A stretch of 64,000 nt of DNA from a virus (taxonomy: Duplodnaviria; Caudoviricetes). A program made the position numbers and the translations under genes. Every line of letters starts with the position of its first letter. Within the stretch, counting starts at the first letter, position 1. The notes beneath the pieces were generated by a model, which did no database searches, was not told the origin of the DNA, and saw only the letters and a program-made list of their open reading frames with translations. Below, in pieces: positions 27,643 to 37,325 of the stretch. The stretch lies in the IMG/VR virus record IMGVR_UViG_3300020375_000001, positions 96,001-160,000 of that record; one strand, given 5' to 3'.

Positions 27643-28065
27643 TTATTTATTTGCAGTGACTTTCTTCTTTTTACGGAAGTCCATCTCTTTACCAAGAACA
27701 GCGGTAAGCAGTTCTACACCCCTGTCCGTTATCCCGTAGGCAACGTAACGACCATCTCTGTGGCGATTAAGGTAACCCTGTTTAGCTAGGTTACGTAGTA
27801 AACGACATATGGCTGAGTATGACCACGACTTAACATCGTCTTGCCCCGATGTAAATGAGATATACATTCCTTCTACTTCACCCGGATAAATCGTTGGGTA
27901 ACGTGCAGAGTAGTTATCATTTACAATACCTAGGCAAACCAAGGCAGGTAGGGATAGACTAGCGCCACGCAATTGTGCCAACACACCTATGTCCCCTGAG
28001 ACTTTTAAAGCTTTACGGACCGTTTTATGGTTGGTGTCCTCAACCGGTACTTTTTGTGTTTTCAT
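27643..28065 (-). CDS. winged-helix DNA-binding protein
   Basis: YSAICRLLRNLAKQGYLNRHRDGRYVAYGITDRGVELL (MarR/PadR-like wing). Confidence 0.7.
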   Translation of the reverse strand: MKTQKVPVEDTNHKTVRKALKVSGDIGVLAQLRGASLSLPALVCLGIVNDNYSARYPTIYPGEVEGMYISFTSGQDDVKSWSYSAICRLLRNLAKQGYLNRHRDGRYVAYGITDRGVELLTAVLGKEMDFRKKKKVTANK

Positions 28066-28126
28066 TTCTTCATCCTGTTATTCGAAAAAAACTAAAACGT
28101 TATAAAAGAGGGGAAACCCCCTCCAC

Positions 28127-29182
28127 CTATTTACTACTATCACGCTCCATGGTATTATCCTCCAACGCCAAAGGGCGTGCAGTTCCAACCATTACGTGTA
28201 AATCGGGTAATTCTTGCATTACCTTCATTATCTCCTCTTGGGTGCAGTCCCAGTACTCCATTTCTACTAATACCTCACCTAAATTAAGGTCCGGTAAAAA
28301 CTTTGTAACTCTGTGACATAACCCCTTTTCAACCAACGTGTTTGAGAATTTAAATACATCAGCCTGACACTCAGCCCGATATGAAAGACAGTCTAACTTA
28401 GGCGCTGCATCCGCGTTATGGTAAGCGCCAAGATTGTAAATCTCGAGCTTTATGGTCTTCCCATCCTTTTGGATAACTGGTACCGAATCATCCGTAATAC
28501 CGCTAAGAACTTCTTTAGCCCCATACCACTCGATGACGCCAGCTAACTCACCCCAGAAATTATTGTCAAGGGAATTATCAGTAATGGCTAACTCGGTAGC
28601 ATGTTGGAACGCATGGAACTTACGGAACCCCAGATTTTCTATACTGAGCAAAATAACCATGGTTGGTTTTAGCTCAATGATGTTAGTCGGGAGTATTGCA
28701 CAGCGAACTACCTCTTTTCCGTCCTTACCAAAATAATACCCAGTTAGTTCCTTGTACTTTTTGGTTTGGTTAGGGTCACTGTAATCATTTAAACTAACCC
28801 CAAATATAAAATGTTTTGGAGTGACTAAAAGGGCAACGTCTCCCATGACCACAATTTTATCCATGTAACCACAGATATTGTCGTAAGTTGTAGCAATGAA
28901 ATTTTCATTATCTTTGGGATTGTGCACCATGTAAGGAACATCTTGGGACTCTAGTGAGTCTATGATACTACACACAGAGCTATTACTATTTAACCTTCGG
29001 TCGATATACTCATCCCTAGGTATGTGGTTATAACTTACAGTATCCGCATCGGAATACTTGCCAGTGTCGTTAAGTCTACGTACACCATTCTCACCAACCT
29101 TAGTTTGGTAAACTTTGCCGTCTACTGCAAAATCACCATCGGACCTTATTGCGGCGGCGTACGGCACGTTATACAATGACAT
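28127..29182 (-). CDS. hypothetical protein
   Basis: 351 aa ORF. Confidence 0.7.
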   Translation of the reverse strand: MSLYNVPYAAAIRSDGDFAVDGKVYQTKVGENGVRRLNDTGKYSDADTVSYNHIPRDEYIDRRLNSNSSVCSIIDSLESQDVPYMVHNPKDNENFIATTYDNICGYMDKIVVMGDVALLVTPKHFIFGVSLNDYSDPNQTKKYKELTGYYFGKDGKEVVRCAILPTNIIELKPTMVILLSIENLGFRKFHAFQHATELAITDNSLDNNFWGELAGVIEWYGAKEVLSGITDDSVPVIQKDGKTIKLEIYNLGAYHNADAAPKLDCLSYRAECQADVFKFSNTLVEKGLCHRVTKFLPDLNLGEVLVEMEYWDCTQEEIMKVMQELPDLHVMVGTARPLALEDNTMERDSSK

Positions 29183-29793
29183 TATCTTCTCCTACCTGCT
29201 CTACGATTAGCCTGTCGGTTCATCGCTCGCTGTTGTTTGCGGTTAGGCTGATAGCCTTTTTGTTTTGGTATACGACATTCTTTTGGAAATAACATGCGGT
29301 CCCCATCGAAGTCGGCAAAGTGAACATCCGACATGGCGACAGCTACGTCAGCTAAACTTAACTCATGGTCCGGATGACTAGTCAGTGAATCCACCAACAC
29401 TACTTTATTGGATGTCGCCAAGGCAAGCATGGCTGCCCTAGTGGCTGCGCTAGCACCGCCTATAACGACGGTCTCACCTAGAATTTCGTCGAGCTTTTCG
29501 GTGGCTTGACGTACTTCGTACTCAGCCATAGCCTCTCCATCAGCTTTTGGTGTATGGGTAGTAAATGAACCGCAGCCGTAATGTTCCTTACAGTACATTA
29601 TCATCATCATGGTTTGGTCTTCACCAACCCAACCTGGGTCATGGGTGGCATCTTCTTCGTTATCCACCATAACCCAAATGGGTGCACCTTCTACACCGGC
29701 TCGAATTTCATCGATGTTCAATTTAATGAATTTACCAGTTTCGGTACACTTCAGTAACATGCGTTGTTCTGGCTTCTTCATTTCACACCCCAC
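29182..29793 (-). CDS. hypothetical protein with basic tail
   Basis: 203 aa ORF. Confidence 0.6.
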   Translation of the reverse strand: MGCEMKKPEQRMLLKCTETGKFIKLNIDEIRAGVEGAPIWVMVDNEEDATHDPGWVGEDQTMMMIMYCKEHYGCGSFTTHTPKADGEAMAEYEVRQATEKLDEILGETVVIGGASAATRAAMLALATSNKVVLVDSLTSHPDHELSLADVAVAMSDVHFADFDGDRMLFPKECRIPKQKGYQPNRKQQRAMNRQANRRAGRRR

Positions 29794-30038
29794 CCATTAG
29801 TTCGTTCACGAATCATCAGTACCAGTATGTTTGCTGCGAGTGATAAAACAATCCAAATCAACAGCACGGTTGGTACCATTAACACGTGGCTATTAAATTC
29901 ACTGTGACCTAACCACTCACCCAGTAACCCGTAGCTATCCGAACAAAATGGCTGGACGGTAGCTAAAATAAACCAAGCAACAAGTGACTGCGTCACTATT
30001 GTAACCAAAGATATCTTTTTCATTTTTTCCCACATCAC
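29778..30038 (-). CDS. two-TM membrane protein
   Basis: Hydrophobic helices; GGAG SD. Confidence 0.6.
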   Translation of the reverse strand: MMWEKMKKISLVTIVTQSLVAWFILATVQPFCSDSYGLLGEWLGHSEFNSHVLMVPTVLLIWIVLSLAANILVLMIRERTNGWGVK

Positions 30039-30096
30039 TTTTTCTCCTGTTATTTAAAAAGTAAAAGGCGACCCTACGGCCGCCTAGTATTGGGGT

Positions 30097-30459
30097 CTAA
30101 CTGATTAGCACGATTAGCATTGCAATAGATGTTGTGGCAATGATGTAACACATTACCCACAATACAAACCGTCTTAGTTTCTTTAAAATTAAAGTCCATT
30201 GAGCTTTGGCTACCGTGAGGTTAAGCATTACGCCATACGCCACCAGTAAACCAATTGGCCAAAGGAACCACCCGATGTGAAATAGAATGGCTGCGGGCAA
30301 TGAACCTACAGCATATTCTAGTTGTTTGTACAAGAACAGACTATCCTTACCGAATGCTAAGTTAATAGCAATCACACACGACAGCAACCACAAAGCTATT
30401 GCGATTGTTATACTTAAGGCAGCGGGAACTTGTTCAATACACCATGTCAACCAATCCAT
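30097..30459 (-). CDS. multi-TM membrane protein
   Basis: Three hydrophobic segments. Confidence 0.6.
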   Translation of the reverse strand: MDWLTWCIEQVPAALSITIAIALWLLSCVIAINLAFGKDSLFLYKQLEYAVGSLPAAILFHIGWFLWPIGLLVAYGVMLNLTVAKAQWTLILKKLRRFVLWVMCYIIATTSIAMLIVLIS

Positions 30460-30479
30460 CTTTCACCTCAGTATTACTT

Positions 30480-30842
30480 TCAAGCCACTTTCTGTTCGGT
30501 GTGCTTTTGCAGTTGGTCGAGGCGACGGCGAATGATACGGTCACGTTGTTTCTTCGTGCTACCGGCAATATCCTGCATGTAATCACGGCGTTCACCCACA
30601 TAGGCCATGAACGTTAAGGCGTCGGCGTAGTCTTCCACAGACTTGAGCTTTTTAGGATACTCAATGTTGTCGGCAGTAAGGACACCGTCTTTATATTCGC
30701 GGCGAAGTTCACCTTCGAACTCAACGCGGATGTTGGCTTTAGGGTCTTTAAATAAGAAGCGATTTACTTCTCCGTCGGGGTTAGCAGTGATAACGCTATT
30801 CGGCTCATCGACACCCGGTACCAGTAAGCTTACTTTCCACAT
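30480..30842 (-). CDS. hypothetical protein
   Basis: 120 aa ORF, AAGGA SD. Confidence 0.6.
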   Translation of the reverse strand: MWKVSLLVPGVDEPNSVITANPDGEVNRFLFKDPKANIRVEFEGELRREYKDGVLTADNIEYPKKLKSVEDYADALTFMAYVGERRDYMQDIAGSTKKQRDRIIRRRLDQLQKHTEQKVA

Positions 30843-30874
30843 GACTTATTTCCTTTTATTTAAGTAAATTGATT

Positions 30875-31153
30875 TTAGAGAGCGAGGACCTTACGACCCT
30901 CAGGACTTTCAATAACTCCGGTTACCCAACCGAAACTATCAGACTCACCTGGGTAAACTTTAACGTTAAACTCATCTTCCAATTGGACGATGAGTCCGTA
31001 GTGCGGATTACCTTTGGGAGTAATGAGATATTTCTCGGCGGCGCTGAAAAACTCATCCGGTAATGAACTAAGTTCTACAAAGCCTTCTTCATTGACTGAC
31101 ACTTTTCTTTTATCAAGCGAAAGCATGTGGTCAACAATAACTTGGGGTTCCAT
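30875..31153 (-). CDS. hypothetical protein
   Basis: 92 aa ORF, AGGA SD. Confidence 0.6.
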   Translation of the reverse strand: MEPQVIVDHMLSLDKRKVSVNEEGFVELSSLPDEFFSAAEKYLITPKGNPHYGLIVQLEDEFNVKVYPGESDSFGWVTGVIESPEGRKVLAL

Positions 31154-31563
31154 CTACTATTCCTTTCTTCTAGGTCTAGTTTATTTCTAGTTAATAGGAT
31201 ATCGGCAACAATCTCGCCGGTATACTTTGGATTATCAATAAGAATTTGAATGGCTTCATCCATCAATCTTTTAGGTGGTGGAAATCCTGCCACCATATTA
31301 ATTGAATGAAATGTATTTTTACCACCATCTCGAGTGTACTCCATCGTCGCGCGTCGCTTACCTAAGTAAGAAACGTGTGATGCGGCCAACTCATGCACTT
31401 TATTATATTCCCTTCGGTGCGTGCGTAAATCTCCCTCCATGGTTATTTTATTTACCTCTACCAGAAACAGAGGACGTGCACCACCTAACAAAGCGTTGAT
31501 GTGTAACACCAATACTTGCCGTAGTAACTCCTCTTGTTCTTCACGAGTACCCATTAGTAACAC
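31075..31563 (-). CDS. hypothetical protein
   Basis: 162 aa ORF, AGGAG SD; 3' end overlaps the next gene. Confidence 0.5.
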   Translation of the reverse strand: MLLMGTREEQEELLRQVLVLHINALLGGARPLFLVEVNKITMEGDLRTHRREYNKVHELAASHVSYLGKRRATMEYTRDGGKNTFHSINMVAGFPPPKRLMDEAIQILIDNPKYTGEIVADILLTRNKLDLEERNSRWNPKLLLTTCFRLIKEKCQSMKKAL

Positions 31564-31682
31564 TCCTGTTATTAGTTATACTAGTAGTACATCTTTATAA
31601 TATATTTTTAAAATAATTTAGTATTAATGGCAAAAGTAAATAGGGCCCCGACCAAAATCGGGTACCCTATTGTTTTCTGACG

Positions 31683-31901
31683 TTAGTGGAAAATGCTATT
31701 CGACTGAATACACCCACATGAAGTGCTCTCCCCAGAACACAAACTTGTCTCTGATACAATAATCTCTCCACCGCAATCGCACTTACATTTCCAATGTGGA
31801 ACCTCTTGCTGGGTTCCTACAGGACGCGCACCTACAAAAGCTGATACAGTGAGTTTATTAAAACGACCATTGGTTAGGTCTTGTTGGCTGTTATCAGTCA
31901 T
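31683..31901 (-). CDS. standalone CxCxCG...SCGC zinc domain of the type found N-terminally in HNH/AP2 homing endonucleases
   Basis: DLTNGRFNKLTV...WKCKCDCG...SLCSGESTSCGC; followed by its own terminator at ~31627-31670. Confidence 0.7.
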   Translation of the reverse strand: MTDNSQQDLTNGRFNKLTVSAFVGARPVGTQQEVPHWKCKCDCGGEIIVSETSLCSGESTSCGCIQSNSIFH

Positions 31902-32014
31902 AATACGACTTATACTCCATTATCATTTTATTGGAAGATACCTCTGCTTCCATAAAAGAAGAATGGGGCGTAATTTTTTTATCCTGCGAAAACTATGCCC
32001 CTCGATATACCCAT

Positions 32015-34240
32015 CTAACCGTAGATAACCTCAGCATCAGGGTGAGCTTTTAGGAACTTATCGGTTGCCGTTTGCTTCTGATAGTTGGGTTTCTGGTTAG
32101 ACCGAGCTTCCTCAGCTTCTTTAACTAACTCGTCGTAGGTTAAAGGAACGCCGCCGTCTTCCTGACTGATAGCCACAAGGTAACGCAACGTTTGTTCTAA
32201 GCGCACTCGTGAGAATGCATCCTTAGTCTCCGCCATTTTATCCTTGACTCTATCAATCTCATCCCGTAGTGCTTTCTGTTCTTGCTGGATAACGACTTGT
32301 TCTTCAGTAAGTTTGTTTCCATCCTTACCAGCCAAACGCATACAGTCACGTGGGTCAATTCCATAGTGCTGTAAGTTCTTAGCTTTCATAACAAACCAGC
32401 CAGCCAGCAGCCATGAAATAACCATATCGTCATGCCCAGATGCAGTATGGTCAATACGACCATTTTTAACAACCAGAGACCTAATTTGGTCAGACAGCAC
32501 CTTACAACAAACGGAGCCACCCGCACGCTTAGCCAATTCAGGGAGAATGTTAACGTACAGCTCTTTACGAGAATCGGCAGTTGTAACGAAACCAAACTTA
32601 GTCTTGATAGATTCGTAGAAGAAGCCATTGCGTGATGTCAATGGCGTGTTAAGCATAGCCTGTAGTTTCTTATCACTTGCAGCATCGTTCACTACCGTGT
32701 TGTAAATACGGGTGAATGGGTCAATGCCGTGTTTCGGTAATTCGATTAGCAACGTCTCAAGGAATGTGATACCCGATGACTTACGCTCGATGTTGATAGT
32801 GATGTTGCGGTATTTAACCATTAGCTCCACCACATACAAGGCAAGGGTTAGGATATACGATTCGTTTACACAAGCCGTACCAACTACAGACATATCCGTG
32901 ATGTCAACCAAGACCATACCGGTATCGTCTCGACCAACCAATTCGGATGTATCCATGCCCAATACGAATTTACCATTGTGCATTCTTTCCTCAATCTCGT
33001 CTTCTGGGATTAACCAGTTAAAGATGTAGCCTTCTTTAGAGAACGAGTTATGCTCGTATTCCCTTTCAGAGTCTTTAATTAAGTCATTCAGTTTTGGAGA
33101 TAGTGGTGAACGCAATGTACCAGACGTCCAGACGTTAAAGAAGTCACGGTCGGCTTCATCACCTACGGCATTGGTGTTAGCCAATACCTCACGTAGCCAA
33201 TTGTCGTCTTTACCCACCTGACGGTGAGAGAACGTACCATTGATAAGAGGCTTCTTACCTTTGGAGTTCTTCTTAACAACAAAGTGTAGTTCCGCCTTGT
33301 CTTTCAGGTCAAAGTATTTCTCAGACCAGATAGCCCCACCATGAATTAGGTCGTACATGTACTTACCGTCACGGTCATCCTTTTTACCAGCTGTTGTAGT
33401 AAAGATGTTACCGTAGGGTTGACTGTTACGCTCTGCTTCTTCACGGGCCGCTGTAGTCGATGCAAGCATCGCAGGGATGATGGTGCCGATGAATTTAATA
33501 AATGGACCTTCGTCAATATGGATGATTGGAGAAGTCAGTCCACGACCAACGTTAAGTGCCGCAGCTTCTGATGACTGGGCAACTGACGTTAGGTATTTGT
33601 TACCACGTTCGTTGTACGTGATGATTTGTTGGTTATCTGCATCGTTACGGTGAACACGCAGGTAATCCGGTAACAGATTGATGATGTTCTTAATACGCTC
33701 AACGTTAGCTACACGTAGGCCATTATCTTTAGTTAACATGTTAATCTTTGAGTTCCATAACTGGAAGAGCTCCAGCCACACAATCAACAAGTCAGTACCT
33801 AGTGACTTACCTAACTGACGAGGCATGATTAACGCAAAGTCAACACTGTTAAAGAAACAGAAGTACAGTGCAACGTTAGCACGATTCATTCTGTACTGGT
33901 TTGGTTTCATACCCGCCTGTGCAGGTACGCGTGCAACTTCCCTGAAGAAATACCATGGGTTATGCTCAATCTCCTGAGCAATCATGATTTTCTGTTGTTC
34001 GGTTAGAGTCTTTGAATACGGGTCAACGCCCTGTAATTCAGGTTGTAATAACACCAACGGGAAATAGCAATTTTTAACCCCCATCGCGCGATAGAGACCA
34101 ACCAGATTCAGTGCAGACTGGTTTGTGGTCTTCGTATCGATAATCGCATTGGGGTAGTAACGGTAGTGGTCTTGAAATAAAATCATGAGTCCGCCTTTAT
34201 TGTCCCCGCCAAAAAATGGATACAGTTCATATAAAGACAA
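32015..34240 (-). CDS. terL: terminase large subunit (phiKZ gp25-like)
   Basis: MPRQLGKS Walker A, IHIDEG Walker B, TTTAG coupling motif, LGMDTS nuclease Asp, HDDMVISW. Confidence 0.9.
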   Translation of the reverse strand: MSLYELYPFFGGDNKGGLMILFQDHYRYYPNAIIDTKTTNQSALNLVGLYRAMGVKNCYFPLVLLQPELQGVDPYSKTLTEQQKIMIAQEIEHNPWYFFREVARVPAQAGMKPNQYRMNRANVALYFCFFNSVDFALIMPRQLGKSLGTDLLIVWLELFQLWNSKINMLTKDNGLRVANVERIKNIINLLPDYLRVHRNDADNQQIITYNERGNKYLTSVAQSSEAAALNVGRGLTSPIIHIDEGPFIKFIGTIIPAMLASTTAAREEAERNSQPYGNIFTTTAGKKDDRDGKYMYDLIHGGAIWSEKYFDLKDKAELHFVVKKNSKGKKPLINGTFSHRQVGKDDNWLREVLANTNAVGDEADRDFFNVWTSGTLRSPLSPKLNDLIKDSEREYEHNSFSKEGYIFNWLIPEDEIEERMHNGKFVLGMDTSELVGRDDTGMVLVDITDMSVVGTACVNESYILTLALYVVELMVKYRNITINIERKSSGITFLETLLIELPKHGIDPFTRIYNTVVNDAASDKKLQAMLNTPLTSRNGFFYESIKTKFGFVTTADSRKELYVNILPELAKRAGGSVCCKVLSDQIRSLVVKNGRIDHTASGHDDMVISWLLAGWFVMKAKNLQHYGIDPRDCMRLAGKDGNKLTEEQVVIQQEQKALRDEIDRVKDKMAETKDAFSRVRLEQTLRYLVAISQEDGGVPLTYDELVKEAEEARSNQKPNYQKQTATDKFLKAHPDAEVIYG

Positions 34241-34273
34241 AAAAATAAAAGGGACTTTCGTCCCTTCTACTAT

Positions 34274-34876
34274 TTATTGCGTAGCTGCATCGCCGACGTA
34301 ATCAAACGATACCACCATACCAAACTCACGTACCATCTGTGGCTGCTGTTTAATCCTGCAAATACCACGGATACCAAATGATGGTGTTTCTACACCAGCT
34401 AAGGCGTTACCCGCATCAGAGTCAAGAAGACGAACGTAGATGTACACCTGCCCGTCCTTGTTCTCTATATCTAGAATCTCGTGGGAGACGCGAGACATTT
34501 CAACTTGCATATAGCGGCGACTTACTGCTATATTATCCAAGTCGTTCTGTGGGTCACTAGGTGAACCATATTCACCATAAAGATTACCTTTTGCCAGACG
34601 GTCCTTAACGGCCACTAACAGCGTTTGGTCGTATACATAGCCGTTAGCATTAGGTTCGTTTAAATTGCCCATGTAGACCGGTATGATGTTTGCTGCGTTG
34701 TAATGTAGCTTAGCATCGTCCAGTCTTGGGATATCTACCAACAAATCTCCGTAATTAACAGTAAGACTGTTGATGACTGCTGTTTCCAATTGCAAAGGAT
34801 GGATGATATCCATGACTTCTTTGCGAGCAGTTTCCGGTAGACCCCAAAACGATACTACCTTTTTAGTTGAATCCAT
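34274..34876 (-). CDS. catalytically inactive paralog of the prohead protease
   Basis: GNLNEPNANGYVY...GEYGSP...RVSHEI...FGIRG aligns to the 49801 protein, but His is replaced by Ser and Ser by Gly. Confidence 0.6.
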   Translation of the reverse strand: MDSTKKVVSFWGLPETARKEVMDIIHPLQLETAVINSLTVNYGDLLVDIPRLDDAKLHYNAANIIPVYMGNLNEPNANGYVYDQTLLVAVKDRLAKGNLYGEYGSPSDPQNDLDNIAVSRRYMQVEMSRVSHEILDIENKDGQVYIYVRLLDSDAGNALAGVETPSFGIRGICRIKQQPQMVREFGMVVSFDYVGDAATQ

Positions 34877-34897
34877 TGTAACCTCCTGCGGTTAATT

Positions 34898-35788
34898 TTA
34901 ATCGGGGTAGTACGATGCGCCATTAAACTGGTCATGGTGTTCCAAGGCCCAACGACCCGCAGTTACTTCCAACGAAACATCGTGAATGTACCAATCGTTG
35001 GCGGTGGCCAGACGACGAAATAACTCAGGATGGAAATTATGGTCAATAACCGGAGTTCCCACTTCAAGACCGGGGACATCCAATTTACTAATGCCCAAAT
35101 CCCCTAAACCCTTCACTGACCCATCCGGGAACAGTACATACAAATCGTACCACTTACCATAGTTTTCAGCAGTAAGGATAGGTTTGTCGGATGTACTTTG
35201 ACAAAGAAGATTTTTACCCCGCTCACTTCGGTACACCGAAACAGGAGAGGGTAACTCCTCATTACCACGGCGGTTGTTACGCATCAATTTAACTACGTCA
35301 TCTTCTATATAAGCCATGTAAGACGTGATGTATAGTGATAACGTAACCAATGGCTTTACTGCCGCAATGATATCTTCTCGTCGCTGTAAATCAAACTCGT
35401 TATGGACGGTATCTATGGATACAATATAATTATCGTTTCGTTTACAGGTTACAGTTATCCGCTTAAGTATTTCTTGAGTCATTTTGATTGACTTTAGACC
35501 CTCATCAAACACCGCAGTGGAAAAACCTTCACTTTGTTCGGCTGAAGGATGAGAGAAACCATGGCCCGACTGAAGCATGTGTGGAATGGCTATTTTAAGT
35601 CCATTACCTGAATCAACCATTGCCAATACGGTTTCATAATCCTTAACGCTAGTTAGCGGGTCGAGTATTTTAAATCCATGAGCAGTCAACTCGTCAGTAT
35701 GGAAGTTCTTTTTGTTTTCATGACAAATCAGTTGATGTAAACCGGCTTTGCTATCGAAGATGTCTCGTATATATTGCTTTGTTCCCAT
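34898..35788 (-). CDS. hypothetical protein
   Basis: 296 aa ORF. Confidence 0.65.
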   Translation of the reverse strand: MGTKQYIRDIFDSKAGLHQLICHENKKNFHTDELTAHGFKILDPLTSVKDYETVLAMVDSGNGLKIAIPHMLQSGHGFSHPSAEQSEGFSTAVFDEGLKSIKMTQEILKRITVTCKRNDNYIVSIDTVHNEFDLQRREDIIAAVKPLVTLSLYITSYMAYIEDDVVKLMRNNRRGNEELPSPVSVYRSERGKNLLCQSTSDKPILTAENYGKWYDLYVLFPDGSVKGLGDLGISKLDVPGLEVGTPVIDHNFHPELFRRLATANDWYIHDVSLEVTAGRWALEHHDQFNGASYYPD

Positions 35789-35809
35789 CGTACTTTGTTC
35801 CTGTTATTA

Positions 35810-36004
35810 CTAAGAGTCAATTTCTACAAACAGTAGAGTGATAGCCGCAATAACTATCACCCACCTTCTTATTAGTGACCACGGGGTACTGCTTTTATTT
35901 TCCCTTGGTCGATAGTGGCGACGTCCGTCGCACACGTGTGCCATACTAGATACACATCCGTATTTCTTATTCCAGTCTGCGCATGTAAGGCAAGTTTTCT
36001 TCAT
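35810..36004 (-). CDS. small Cys-rich protein with C-terminal TM
   Basis: CLTC..C..C, then a hydrophobic tail; same layout as 8776-9006. Confidence 0.55.
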   Translation of the reverse strand: MKKTCLTCADWNKKYGCVSSMAHVCDGRRHYRPRENKSSTPWSLIRRWVIVIAAITLLFVEIDS

Positions 36005-36744
36005 TTGTTACTCTTTTCCCAAATTCTTAATAATCGTGCCCCATCTTCTTTTAACATTAAATCACTGACTTTGAGCTGTTCGGTTGCCCACTGGTCTGGA
36101 GTAAACAACTCTTTGTCAAAGCGTTCTGACACCTCACCTTTTAGGTTTACAACACACCAAGGATTATTTTGAATGAGGTCGTTATATTTAGCAACTGTCT
36201 CACTGTCCATATCCAGCTTAATTAGCGATGTGTGTTTAGCATCTGTCAGGGATGGATACTTGCGAATTACGATATCCCACGTGTAGCCCGATACCAGTAA
36301 ATCACATACGTTGTTGTCAAATTCCACCAGCCAACAGTACTTCAGTTTCACCGGCTTATTCTTCACTGAGTTATCCCAGATTTGCTCCAACCGCATGTAC
36401 GTGTAAATGATGCTGTGGAAATATCCCGGAAACACTTTAGGATATTGCCCCTCTAAACGAGCATTGAGTTCGTTTACTTCCACACACAAATCGACGATGG
36501 CATGGGTCATTGCCTTATGCTTTTCGTCTTTCTCAAAGCAGACCTCAATTGAATTTGCTTCCAATAAAGGATTGGTGGTGAAGTACTTATCGATAAGCAG
36601 TACAAAGAGGTTTTTCTTTGCCCCAAAGTCAGCCACCAGATGTGTTAATATTGCTTTACGTACAAAAGCGTTGATATACATTTGAAACTGCGTTTTGTAC
36701 ATATAGTTCATGTTACCCATTACCATATTGCATCCCCACTCCAA
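36001..36744 (-). CDS. hypothetical protein
   Basis: 247 aa ORF. Confidence 0.65.
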   Translation of the reverse strand: MEWGCNMVMGNMNYMYKTQFQMYINAFVRKAILTHLVADFGAKKNLFVLLIDKYFTTNPLLEANSIEVCFEKDEKHKAMTHAIVDLCVEVNELNARLEGQYPKVFPGYFHSIIYTYMRLEQIWDNSVKNKPVKLKYCWLVEFDNNVCDLLVSGYTWDIVIRKYPSLTDAKHTSLIKLDMDSETVAKYNDLIQNNPWCVVNLKGEVSERFDKELFTPDQWATEQLKVSDLMLKEDGARLLRIWEKSNK

Positions 36745-36866
36745 TTAAAACGACCCCATATACAACGGTCACGATAGCGCCACCAAATATAAGAGCACTT
36801 AACCATGGTTGTTTGTGTGCAAAATTGGCAGCTTTAATTATAAACTTTTCCACTAATACTTTTCCA

Positions 36867-37154
36867 TTAATGACCATAGTTGAAACCAATCCAGAAACTG
36901 TTACCCGTCTTAGCGTTGGTTACTTTCTCATCCGTAGAACCACAGCACCCAGCCTCTTGCACTCGACGATACTTGTCGGTCATTCCGCCAGTTTCATCAG
37001 CAAGGCACACCCGAGCATTATCTACGCATCCACCCTTTTCAATTTTTCGATACAACTTACCCATTTGATTACATAGCCACAAGTAGTCCTTTGTGTTATC
37101 AACTACCTGTCTAACCATGTGTCCGTATATTTTAGTATTAAACGTTTGTGGCAT
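36867..37154 (-). CDS. hypothetical phage protein
   Basis: 95 aa ORF ending GCCGS...FWIGFNYGH; strong SD. Confidence 0.65.
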   Translation of the reverse strand: MPQTFNTKIYGHMVRQVVDNTKDYLWLCNQMGKLYRKIEKGGCVDNARVCLADETGGMTDKYRRVQEAGCCGSTDEKVTNAKTGNSFWIGFNYGH

Positions 37155-37252
37155 TTCCCCTTCCTTTTATTTAAGAGATAACGGTACCCATCAATAAGAT
37201 AATCGGACTCAATAATTTTTGCCCTATCACAACTTCTACATTAAGTATCTGT

Positions 37253-37270
37253 CCACTTGGATAATATAGG
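37253..37270 (-). promoter_or_regulatory. candidate early promoter motif
   Basis: CCTATATTATCCAAGTGG. Confidence 0.55.
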
Positions 37271-37325
37271 GCTGTAATATTCTGGTCTACGGCATAAGTG
37301 GACGGTTTCCCGTCCACCCATTTAG

